Assembly (NCBI GenBank): GCA_018208355.1
Contig: CP062796.1
Span: 960,494-1,024,493, forward strand
Length of the DNA stretch: 64,000 nucleotides
Origin: Candidatus Fermentithermobacillus carboniphilus
Lineage (GTDB): Bacteria; Bacillota; Sulfobacillia; Fermentithermobacillales; Fermentithermobacillaceae
Reading direction: 5' to 3'
Shown: positions 1-8,448 of the stretch, one piece after another
How positions within the stretch are numbered: position 1 is the stretch's first letter
Layout: every line of letters begins with the position of its first letter
Notes under the pieces: generated by a model
What the model was told of the DNA's origin: nothing
Databases searched by the model: none
Seen by the model: the letters and a program-made list of their open reading frames with translations, nothing else
Position numbers and translations under genes: made by a program

Positions 1-33
1 CGAGCCTAACAACAGCAGCGTCAGTCTTTTCAT
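1..33 (-). CDS. 5' end (11 codons, MKRLTLLLLGS) of a gene running off the window start; hydrophobic, signal-peptide-like
   Basis: Minus-strand ATG at 33..31, preceded by GAAGGAGA (46..39) with 5-nt spacing. Too short to name. Confidence 0.3.
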   Translation of the reverse strand, partial: MKRLTLLLLGS

Positions 34-160
34 CGGAGTCTCCTTCGAAAATTGAATACCGTAACGTTCATTTTCGAAGCGCTCGCTTCCAATAACCTAC
101 TCGATAGCGGCTGCCCCCACATGAAGCATCTGTCTAACGAGGTAAATCTTGGTGCAATAG

Positions 161-1483
161 TCAGCCGATACTGATGGATCGCCCCAACCCTAGATACCTA
201 AACCCTGCCTCAAGAACCTCACTAGGGTTCAAACAATTCCTTGCATCGATACAAATTGGATTCTTCATCTGTTCTCTTACAGACGTAAAGTCCATGTTAA
301 CAAATTCCGCCCACTCTGTAGCCACAACCAGAGCATCCGCGTGCTTTACGCAAGAGGCAGCATCTGAACACACCACCAGGCCAGGTAAGTTCCCATCTGG
401 AGTCGCAACTGGATCATATGCTTTTACCGTTGCCCCCAATTGGAGCACTCTGCTTATCAACCTCAACGCTGGTGACTCTCGTGTATCATCGGTGTTGGGC
501 TTGAAAGCAATTCCCCACACTGCCACTGTCTTTCCCGCAAGTTCACCCAAGACAGCGCGGAGCTTGTCGATTACCCAGTCGACCTGCGAATCGTTTACCT
601 CGACGGCCGCCTTCAAGATTTTAAAATCGAATCCCACCTTAGAACAGATGCGAAGCAGGGCGGCAGTGTCCTTTGGAAAGCACGAACCGCCATACCCAAG
701 CCCGGCTCTGAGATGCTCCGGCATAATCCGGTGGTCGTATCCCATTCCCTCAGCTACCTTGACAACGTCGGCCCCTACTCTCTCACATAGCCTAGCAATG
801 GAGTTTATAAAAGATATCTTGGTTGCCAGAAACGCATTTGATGCGTATTTGATGAGCTCAGAGCTTCTCCTGTCGCAGAAAACGAAGGGAACACCTAACG
901 GAGAGTAAATCTCTTTAAGCACCCGAGCCGGCTCGGGCTCGCTGCTTCCGATTACAATCCGATCAGCCTTCATAAAATCGGCGACGGCTCTCCCCTCGCG
1001 CAGAAACTCAGGATTAGAAACCACCGATATGCCATCAGAAACTGTATTGCCTCGCGCGGCTCGGACCATCTCTCGAAGCCTTTTCTCTATCATGTCACAA
1101 GTGCCCACAGGTACTGTGCTCTTAACCGCTACAATTAGCGGACGGTGCACGTGATGAGCTATGGTATCAACAGCCTGCCACACATATCTGAGTTCAACAT
1201 CGCCGTTGCTGTCCGAAGGGGTACCAACAGCAATGAACACAACATCTGTCCACGGAACAACCTCATCGTACGACGTAGTAAATCTCAACCTTCGTCCCGA
1301 ATTACGATGAACCAGTTCACTTAGGCCAGGTTCGTGAATCGGCATAACTCCGCTCCGTAGGTTCGAGATCTTCCCTTCGTCGACATCCAAAGCGATGACG
1401 TCATGACCGATCTCCGCAAGGCACGCGGCCGTTACCAACCCGACATATCCGGTTCCGATTACTCCTAATTTGTAGGTTTGCAC
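161..1483 (-). CDS. ugd: UDP-glucose/UDP-sugar 6-dehydrogenase (Ugd/WbpA family)
   Basis: N-terminal Rossmann motif GVIGTGYVGLVTAACLAEIGHDV and catalytic GGSCFPKD motif. ORF 161..1537 trimmed to the GTG at 1483, which follows GAGGAGG. Last gene of the nucleotide-sugar operon. Confidence 0.85.
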   Translation of the reverse strand: MQTYKLGVIGTGYVGLVTAACLAEIGHDVIALDVDEGKISNLRSGVMPIHEPGLSELVHRNSGRRLRFTTSYDEVVPWTDVVFIAVGTPSDSNGDVELRYVWQAVDTIAHHVHRPLIVAVKSTVPVGTCDMIEKRLREMVRAARGNTVSDGISVVSNPEFLREGRAVADFMKADRIVIGSSEPEPARVLKEIYSPLGVPFVFCDRRSSELIKYASNAFLATKISFINSIARLCERVGADVVKVAEGMGYDHRIMPEHLRAGLGYGGSCFPKDTAALLRICSKVGFDFKILKAAVEVNDSQVDWVIDKLRAVLGELAGKTVAVWGIAFKPNTDDTRESPALRLISRVLQLGATVKAYDPVATPDGNLPGLVVCSDAASCVKHADALVVATEWAEFVNMDFTSVREQMKNPICIDARNCLNPSEVLEAGFRYLGLGRSISIG

Positions 1484-2496
1484 AGGCTGTCGCCTCCTCG
1501 CGGGAACCTCATTATGGGGGTCTGCTGGTAGATCCAACGTACCAGTGCTAACGACTTGCGGCCTTCCGTTCCGTCAACGGAAGGTGCCCTACCGTGTAGC
1601 AAGCTTTCCGTGAAATCTCTAAGTACTTCGTAATGACCATACCAATTTGGCCTATCTTCCAGCACCGGAGTCATAGGGACCGATGGCACATTCCAAAACC
1701 GGAAAGAATCAAGCTTTTTTCCGCCCATTACTACGCTTCCTTGTGTGCCTATAATGGTTAGCGTCTCCTCGAGGTTTTCTGGATAGGCACAAGTCGTCGC
1801 ATCAATCGAGCCAAGCGCACCGGACCTAAACCGAAGTGACGCGACGGCGGTATCCTCAGCTTCAATATCATGCCCTAGGGTAGCTCGGAATGCTGATAGT
1901 TGGTCAACGTCGCCCATAAGCCAAAGAAGAAGGTCAATATGATGAATAGCTTGGTTCATTAAGACCCCGCCATCCATTGCTTCAGTGCCACGCCAGCCGG
2001 ATTCTGAATAATACTTCTGTGGCCTATACCAACGAACGGAGGCACTTCCCCAGATAAGCCTCCCTAGTTTTCCGCTCTCAACTGCCGTCTTCAGTATTTG
2101 ACTCGCTTGGTTAAAACGATTGTGGTAAACCACACCCAGTGCTTTCTTCTTGCTGCCAGACATCTCGATCATTAGATCGGCGTCCTCAACTGTCATCGCC
2201 ATAGGCTTTTCTACCAACACGTGCTTACCTGCGTCCAATGACTCCAGCGTCATTTTGGCATGCAACCCGCTTGGTGTCGCAATGATAACTGCATCAATGT
2301 CAGGTCTATCGAGTATGAATCGGTAATCTAAGTACATGTCTGCTGACACTCTATTAGCCGCTTCTTGAACCCTGCACCGATCCTTGTCGGCGACTGCCAG
2401 GATAGTAGAATTCCTTAGGCGGCCAATTGCTTCTATATGTTTAGCGGCAACTGCCCCGCAACCGATGAGCCCGAAACGTATTTTTTCTGAAAGCAC
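1465..2496 (-). CDS. Gfo/Idh/MocA-family NAD-dependent oxidoreductase (WbpB-like UDP-sugar 3-dehydrogenase)
   Basis: N-terminus IRFGLIGCGAVAAKHIEA with EKPMA motif. Sits between the aminotransferase and the 6-dehydrogenase, as in WbpA/B/E/D pathways. Confidence 0.8.
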   Translation of the reverse strand: MLSEKIRFGLIGCGAVAAKHIEAIGRLRNSTILAVADKDRCRVQEAANRVSADMYLDYRFILDRPDIDAVIIATPSGLHAKMTLESLDAGKHVLVEKPMAMTVEDADLMIEMSGSKKKALGVVYHNRFNQASQILKTAVESGKLGRLIWGSASVRWYRPQKYYSESGWRGTEAMDGGVLMNQAIHHIDLLLWLMGDVDQLSAFRATLGHDIEAEDTAVASLRFRSGALGSIDATTCAYPENLEETLTIIGTQGSVVMGGKKLDSFRFWNVPSVPMTPVLEDRPNWYGHYEVLRDFTESLLHGRAPSVDGTEGRKSLALVRWIYQQTPIMRFPRGGDSLCKPTN

Positions 2497-2519
2497 TTCT
2501 ATACCTCCATTCCACTATC

Positions 2520-3623
2520 CTAAGCATCGAAAAACTTGGCTAGGGCTTCCACAACGGCTGCAACTTTCTCCTCTCCGATCTCCGGATAGATAGGCAATGA
2601 AATCTCACTTTCCGCAGCCCACTCCGAAACGGGCAGAGACCCCCGCTTGTACCCGAGTGACTCATAGCATGGCTGCAAATGCAGCGGTATGGGATAATGA
2701 ATCCCCGCTTGAATTCGCTGGTCATGAAGGTACTTGAGAAGCGCATCGCGCCTGTCCACTGCTATGGCGTAAATGTGGTATACCGCAAAGGATTCGTTAG
2801 TGGGTTCTACAATCTTAACCGGGAGGTTCTTCAGATTTTCGTCATAAAGAAGTGCCCATTTCCGTCGAGCCTCAGTCCATTCGGTAAGGTGCTTCAGCTT
2901 GGCTGAGAGTATAGCTGCCTGAAGTGCGTCAATGCGTTCGCCGTACCCAACTTCTATATGCTCGTATTTGGTCGTTCGGCCATGGTCTCGTAGCAGCCGA
3001 ACCTTATCCGCTAACTCCTTGTTATTAGTTACCACTGCCCCGGCATCCCCGTAAGCGCCCAGGTTCTTTCCAGGGTAAAAACTGAAGCAACCGATATCGC
3101 CAATCACTCCCACAGGGGTGCCTTTGTATTTGGCCCCATGAGCTTGAGCCGCGTCCTCTACGACCTTCAGGCCATACTTCTTGGCGATTTCCATGATCGG
3201 GTCCATATCGCAGGGGTTCCCGTATAAATGCACCGGCATAAGCGCTTTAGTTCTGGGCGTAATAGCAGCTTCGATCAAGGATGGATCCATGCAGAACGTC
3301 TTCGGGTCTATGTCGACGAACACGGGCCTCGCCCCAACATGGAAGATAGCCTCTGCAGACGCAGTAAAGGTCATAGTTGAAGTGATGACCTCATCACCCG
3401 GGCCAACGCCGAGAGCTCTCAGAGAAAGAGCAAGGGCCGCCGTACCTGAACTAACACCAACGCAATATGTAGAGCCCGAAAATGAGGCAAATTCGGTTTC
3501 AAACTGCTTAACCTCATCACCCAGGATGAATGCTGTCTTGTTTATCACCCGAGCGATGGCAGCATCAATTTCCTCTTTAATTGAGAGATATTGCGCCTTT
3601 AAATCAACAAGCGGAATAGCCAT
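2520..3623 (-). CDS. DegT/DnrJ/EryC1/StrS-family PLP aminotransferase (WbpE-like)
   Basis: 367 aa. Typical family sequence (FETEFASFSG..YCVGVSSGTAALALSL, FSFYPGKNLGAYGDAG, ISLPIYPE). Confidence 0.85.
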   Translation of the reverse strand: MAIPLVDLKAQYLSIKEEIDAAIARVINKTAFILGDEVKQFETEFASFSGSTYCVGVSSGTAALALSLRALGVGPGDEVITSTMTFTASAEAIFHVGARPVFVDIDPKTFCMDPSLIEAAITPRTKALMPVHLYGNPCDMDPIMEIAKKYGLKVVEDAAQAHGAKYKGTPVGVIGDIGCFSFYPGKNLGAYGDAGAVVTNNKELADKVRLLRDHGRTTKYEHIEVGYGERIDALQAAILSAKLKHLTEWTEARRKWALLYDENLKNLPVKIVEPTNESFAVYHIYAIAVDRRDALLKYLHDQRIQAGIHYPIPLHLQPCYESLGYKRGSLPVSEWAAESEISLPIYPEIGEEKVAAVVEALAKFFDA

Positions 3624-3640
3624 TTCGGCACCCCCTAATC

Positions 3641-4384
3641 TTAGTTAGACTTTCTGGGAACAAGAAGCTGATCCTCCGGAACGTCGCGAACCACCCTCGC
3701 TGGAACTCCCATAACCAGTTTGTACGGGGGCACATCCCGAGTGACTACACTACCCGCAGCCACTACCGCCTCCTGACCGACCTCAATCCCTGGCAAGATA
3801 ACCGAACCTGCAGCTATCCTACCTGCCCTTCGCACAACAACACCCTTTCTAAACTGAAAGCGTTTTTCGGTTCGTCCAATATAGTTATCGTTGGTGGTTG
3901 TCACCATTGGGGCAATGAAAACGTCTTCCTCAAGCGTAGAATGAGCCGTTATGTACGCACCAGTTTGGATTCGAGTCCTTTCTCCCACAAAGCAGTCATT
4001 TTCCACGGTCGCTGCGTGCCCTACGATCACGCTGTCGCAAATCGTGCATCTTTCACGAATCTGGGCACCGTCGGCAATGTAGCAGTCTTTGCCGATGGTT
4101 GTACCCGCATAAATCACCGCTCCCACCCCGATGATGGTCCCTTCCCCGACAACAAGCCCAGGTAAGTCATCGGAGACCTCCAGGGTACTTATCTTTGCTT
4201 TAGTGGGACGCTGTCCCAAGATTGAATTGGCTCCAATCCTTACATTGTCTCCAATGCTTGTCCCCGCATAAACCACAACGTTGGGACCAATTTCCACAGA
4301 TTTGCCCAGAGATACACCATCCTCGATGTATGCAGACTCGTGGATGCGGTTATGTCTTTCCTGTGGTTCGTAGAATCCGTTCAT
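3641..4384 (-). CDS. Left-handed beta-helix (hexapeptide-repeat) N-acetyltransferase (WbpD-like)
   Basis: Repeated [LIV]G-x4 hexapeptides throughout. Start moved to the ATG at 4384, preceded by GGAGG with 6-nt spacing. Confidence 0.8.
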   Translation of the reverse strand: MNGFYEPQERHNRIHESAYIEDGVSLGKSVEIGPNVVVYAGTSIGDNVRIGANSILGQRPTKAKISTLEVSDDLPGLVVGEGTIIGVGAVIYAGTTIGKDCYIADGAQIRERCTICDSVIVGHAATVENDCFVGERTRIQTGAYITAHSTLEEDVFIAPMVTTTNDNYIGRTEKRFQFRKGVVVRRAGRIAAGSVILPGIEVGQEAVVAAGSVVTRDVPPYKLVMGVPARVVRDVPEDQLLVPRKSN

Positions 4385-4549
4385 AAAAACCTCCACTCCT
4401 GTTTGTGCCTGAAGGTTGCCTAGCCAGCTCACTCTTCCTCCCCGGCTAAATCCTTATCAAACTTCGGTAACCTGCCAGCCACGTCCGACCTCGAGCTCGC
4501 GTGTCAATATACCCTTCGCCCCAACAGGCCAACGGTCGACGGCTTACGC

Positions 4550-5539
4550 CTAGAGCGCCCCGGTGCTGGCAAGCAACTTCCTATGACTCACAAACCACGC
4601 AGCGGTCCGTCGGAGTCCCTCTTCCAGCGAAACAACGGCCACCCAACCCAGTTCCATCCTCGCTCTGCTGCAATCAAGAATGCTTGACCGCAGGTCACCC
4701 GGCCTTGGGGGGCCATGCTTAGGAAGTGGCAAGTCAACTTGCTTACCGTCAGCGCCGAGAACCTTCTGTAGAGCCGATCGGATCGCTCTCTCCAGCTCGT
4801 TCACGTCGGTTCCTCTGCCCGCCCCGATGTTGTAAGCGCGAAAACCTTCGCACTTGCTGTTTAAAGCCAGGAGGTTAGCACGAGCTACATCCTCCACGAA
4901 TACGTAATCGCGCACGTATTTCCCGTCACCGTTTATGATCGGCTCCCGTCCCGATAGCAGCCTCTGCATGAAAATAGCGACGACACCTGCTTCTCCGAAT
5001 GGGTCCTGTCGGGGACCGTACACGTTACCATAGCGTAGGGCCAGGCATCGCATACCATATTCATTGGCGTAAAAACGCAGGTAATTCTCCCCGGTAAGCT
5101 TACTGATACCGTACGGAGACACGGGCACTAACGGTCTATCTTCCGACGCTGGCTCGTGCACGTCACCATAAAGTACACCGCCTGAAGATGCAAAGACAAA
5201 AGAGCCCACGTGATGTCTTACCGAAGCCTCAAGCACGTTTAGAAGTCCGAGCACATTTACGCGAGCATCCCTCACAGGATCTCTTACGGAACGGCTAACT
5301 GAAATCTGTGCCGCCATGTGTATGACACTAGTCGGCCTTACCTGCGCGAAGACTTTATTAACGCCGTCGGCGTCGACCACATCCACGCGATAAAATGGTA
5401 CCTCTTTAGGAAGGTTCTCGAGCTTACCGGTGGACAAATCGTCAACCACGGCGACGTAATACCCAGCTTCAAGACACTTATCCACCACATGCGAGCCGAT
5501 AAAGCCAGCCCCTCCGGTCACCAAAACGCGCAATTTCAT
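4550..5539 (-). CDS. NAD-dependent nucleotide-sugar epimerase/dehydratase (GalE-like SDR)
   Basis: MKLRVLVTGGAGFIGSH glycine-rich N-terminus and the YGISK (YxxxK) catalytic motif. Confidence 0.85.
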   Translation of the reverse strand: MKLRVLVTGGAGFIGSHVVDKCLEAGYYVAVVDDLSTGKLENLPKEVPFYRVDVVDADGVNKVFAQVRPTSVIHMAAQISVSRSVRDPVRDARVNVLGLLNVLEASVRHHVGSFVFASSGGVLYGDVHEPASEDRPLVPVSPYGISKLTGENYLRFYANEYGMRCLALRYGNVYGPRQDPFGEAGVVAIFMQRLLSGREPIINGDGKYVRDYVFVEDVARANLLALNSKCEGFRAYNIGAGRGTDVNELERAIRSALQKVLGADGKQVDLPLPKHGPPRPGDLRSSILDCSRARMELGWVAVVSLEEGLRRTAAWFVSHRKLLASTGAL

Positions 5540-6152
5540 GTCCTCCTGCGTTGGTCTGTACTTCCGCTAGCGAGTCCGAGAACACACAACGGTATATGCT
5601 TTTGCCGACCCGCTTTTGGCGCGTATTGAACCATCTTCGTCGTGTCGGCGGCTTCCAACGTACGATTATAAGACCCGTCTATATTTCTATTTCGCCGCAC
5701 GGACCACAACATCCTCCACCTGGGGCGTTCGAGTACCAAAGGTTAGACGCTCTTCTCTTGTTCCTTCGGGATGTTGACGTCGATATCGATAACGTACAGG
5801 AAATCCATCGCTCTACATGTTGGGTCAACTGCAACAATGGCGCGTAGTCTTCGTTTAGTACCCAGCCCACGCATGATGAGAACATCTTCTGCGACTGCCC
5901 TTCTGACAGGGCATCACACCGGCTGCACCGGTCTCTGGACGGGGCATCTTGGCTGGTGGTAAGTGATGAGATCGGCGCGCTGACGGTTGCAAGCGGGAAA
6001 GCGCTTTCGGAGGAACACTCAACCTGACCACGGGCAACACTTCCAAGCACAAGGCTATGAGTTACGGGCGAATGAAGAAGGAAGAAGAGCTATTGGCCAA
6101 GAAATCGACGCGATAATGCACGAGGCGCCACGTTCGAGGCAAGAACAATGCA

Positions 6153-8024
6153 TCACAAACAGCACGAATCTAGGGTTAATTGCTCCCGAGATTTGGCTAG
6201 TATGTCTCTCAGTCCGATTAAACCCGACCGTGCGACAACCTTGTCCTCGCAGTTGCCTAGAATATCCCCTAACATTCTCACACACTCGCGAGCTTTTATT
6301 GAAAGAGTAAATGGGTTTGATTTCATGAGGTTGGCTGCCCTCTCAATATCTGTTACAGCATAATTCAAGAGCCCTCTCTTGGCGACCACTACAGCCCTGA
6401 CAAGAAGCGCCTCGGCCTCAACTACAGGAGAACCGTACTTGGAAACTGACGGGAAAGCAGCCGAGAGAGGTATCGACTGGTACACCTTGTCGAATATAAT
6501 TCTTTCATATTCGAGGGTCTTTTTGGCGACATTAGAAACATCAAACGAATCGAAACTTGAACCCCGTGCACCTGTATGCTGGAAGTAGAACGCGCAGAGG
6601 TAATCCGCCGCAATGACGGGGTATCTGTGGACGATCCGAATCCAATAATCGTAGTCCTGGGCGCGAATAAGTCTTTCATCGTACATCCCCACGTCTTGTA
6701 TCACCTTCTTAGGTACCAAAACAGTCGGCGTGAAAAACCTGTTTCCAAGCAACTCTGCTTCCATGATGGAATCGGGTGAGAACTCGGCTGGGACCCAAAC
6801 ATGGATAACCTCAAAGTTCTCATTGACCGAAATTGCTGCCGAATGTATGAGCCCCGCTCCCGAAGCTTCCATTAGCGGAACTTGAACTTCGAGTTTCCGT
6901 GGTAAGGCTACATCGTCATCGGCAAAAACCCAAACATACTTTCCTCTTGCTTCTTTAATTCCGGCGTTCATGGCAGATGGGCTCCCTCGATTCGGCTGCT
7001 TGAGGTACTTAATTCTATCAAGGTAAGGAGCAACAACCTCTTCAGTGGAATCAGTGCTTCCATCATTTACGACGATGATCTCGATGTTCTTGTATGTCTG
7101 GTTAAAAAGGCTTGTCAGACTGCGCAGCAGGAGCGATGCCCTATTGTACGTTGGCACTATAATGCTCACCAGAGGATTACCATGACACGGGACATAGAAG
7201 GGTTTCAGGTAAAGAGATACATCGGGGCAATTTGTTTCCCCCAACTTGTCTACTACAACGACTGCTGAAAGCCAGCCTTCAGAGTCCAGTAGTGTAACAG
7301 TCCCATTAAGATTTTCGCGGAGGAGCTTTAAGAATGTCTGTTTTGTGAAAATACTGATCTTCTCAGGCCTGGTTACCCAGTACGAGTCCGGAATCGATAC
7401 CAGGATCCTACCGCCGGGCTTCACCAGCCTTTGTGCCTCTTGTAGTACAGAAGATGGATCTGGGACCCGATCCAACACATCTACAAGTACCACAGAGTCA
7501 AAGCAGTTATCCGGGTCAGGATGGATAACAAGGTCTCCCAGCCTAAAATGACCGCAGGTTAATCCCAAGGTGTAGAATCTGTATCTTGTAACGTCAATCG
7601 AAAGAGGGTCAGGATCTACTCCGAAAACCTCAAGACCGAATGCGCTTAGAATTACTGGCAAGTCGCCGAAACCACACCCAACAGTGAAAACAGACCCTTG
7701 GCCTGCTAGCATCGCAAGGTCAACCATTCGGATTAGGTCCGATTGGGTACGGGGGATTCTATCAACAGCCTGCACGGGACCCTCCGGGCTTGGAGCCAAT
7801 TTAGTCACCGAGGCGCATCCCTCTTCAATAAGCGCAGCAATCACCATGTCGTCCTGAGTGCGCCGGTCTTCACTCAACGAGTTCATGTAAAGCCGTGCGA
7901 TGTACGGCCATCCGCGACAAACGAGAGATCGTGCGACACTTCTTATGGCATCGGGATTCTCCGGCTCTTTCGCAAGGGTTTGCAGCGCCTGGCTATATAG
8001 ATTGCTGTATGCTGGTGCGCTCAC
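6153..8024 (-). CDS. Fusion protein: class I SAM methyltransferase domain plus family 2 glycosyltransferase domain
   Basis: Methyltransferase motif I VFTVGCGFGDLPVILSAFGLEVFGVDPD and post-I region LVKPGGRILV. GT2 signature VSIIVPTYNRASLL..NIEIIVVNDGSTD in the C-terminal half. Confidence 0.8.
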   Translation of the reverse strand: MSAPAYSNLYSQALQTLAKEPENPDAIRSVARSLVCRGWPYIARLYMNSLSEDRRTQDDMVIAALIEEGCASVTKLAPSPEGPVQAVDRIPRTQSDLIRMVDLAMLAGQGSVFTVGCGFGDLPVILSAFGLEVFGVDPDPLSIDVTRYRFYTLGLTCGHFRLGDLVIHPDPDNCFDSVVLVDVLDRVPDPSSVLQEAQRLVKPGGRILVSIPDSYWVTRPEKISIFTKQTFLKLLRENLNGTVTLLDSEGWLSAVVVVDKLGETNCPDVSLYLKPFYVPCHGNPLVSIIVPTYNRASLLLRSLTSLFNQTYKNIEIIVVNDGSTDSTEEVVAPYLDRIKYLKQPNRGSPSAMNAGIKEARGKYVWVFADDDVALPRKLEVQVPLMEASGAGLIHSAAISVNENFEVIHVWVPAEFSPDSIMEAELLGNRFFTPTVLVPKKVIQDVGMYDERLIRAQDYDYWIRIVHRYPVIAADYLCAFYFQHTGARGSSFDSFDVSNVAKKTLEYERIIFDKVYQSIPLSAAFPSVSKYGSPVVEAEALLVRAVVVAKRGLLNYAVTDIERAANLMKSNPFTLSIKARECVRMLGDILGNCEDKVVARSGLIGLRDILAKSREQLTLDSCCL

Positions 8025-8163
8025 TTAGATCCCCCCGTAGGGTAAGATGCATCCTCTATGTATTTGAACACTGCTAGGGCAAAGAAACCTCATCATACTC
8101 ACTATCGGGCTGGCGACCCTTCCAGTTAAGGAAATCATCGCTGTTACTGTGGCGTACTCAGGG

Positions 8164-8198
8164 TTAGAAGGTGGAGTTGACGGCCTCGTTCATATCAG
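8164..8198 (+). repeat. Solo copy of the terminal about 35 nt of the IS110/IS1111-type element whose 3' end lies at 45313..45347
   Basis: 23/23 identity (gttgacggcctcgttcatatcag, 8176..8198 vs 45325..45347), plus a flanking agaag-N-gg match. Lies in the divergent intergenic region between the two MT-GT genes. Confidence 0.55.
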
Positions 8199-8448
8199 CA
8201 CAATACTCTGAGTTATCACTGTTGGGACTCTCGAATGCGCAAGAATTATCGATAAGATCGAATGTACGCTCTAATTGGAGATCTGGATTGTGGATCTTGA
8301 GTGCAGGCCTCTTTTGAGGATTTCAATTGTATATCTCGGATTGCCGTCTAATCCTTGGTCCTACTTGCCGAATCGTTGGACGGACATACGACCATAGACC
8401 AACATAGGGAAGTAGAACAGTACCTGACCGAAATGGAGGATTTCTCGT

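Noticed and set aside
174-908. 244-aa plus-strand ORF
   Set aside because: Entirely antisense to the well-supported UDP-sugar dehydrogenase gene. Low-complexity Ser/Thr/Ala-rich translation typical of a shadow ORF.
5540-6152. 610-bp gap inside the nucleotide-sugar/GT operon with several 60-120-aa ORFs
   Set aside because: None of the ORFs has a recognisable motif or ribosome-binding site, and all frames are interrupted. The gap may be a fully decayed gene, but I cannot support any call.
8199-8212. cacaatactctgag similar to cacaaaatactctactctgac at 45448..45468, next to both copies of the IS-end repeat
   Set aside because: The match is short and gapped. The second copy is simply the splB stop-codon region, so this is judged coincidental.
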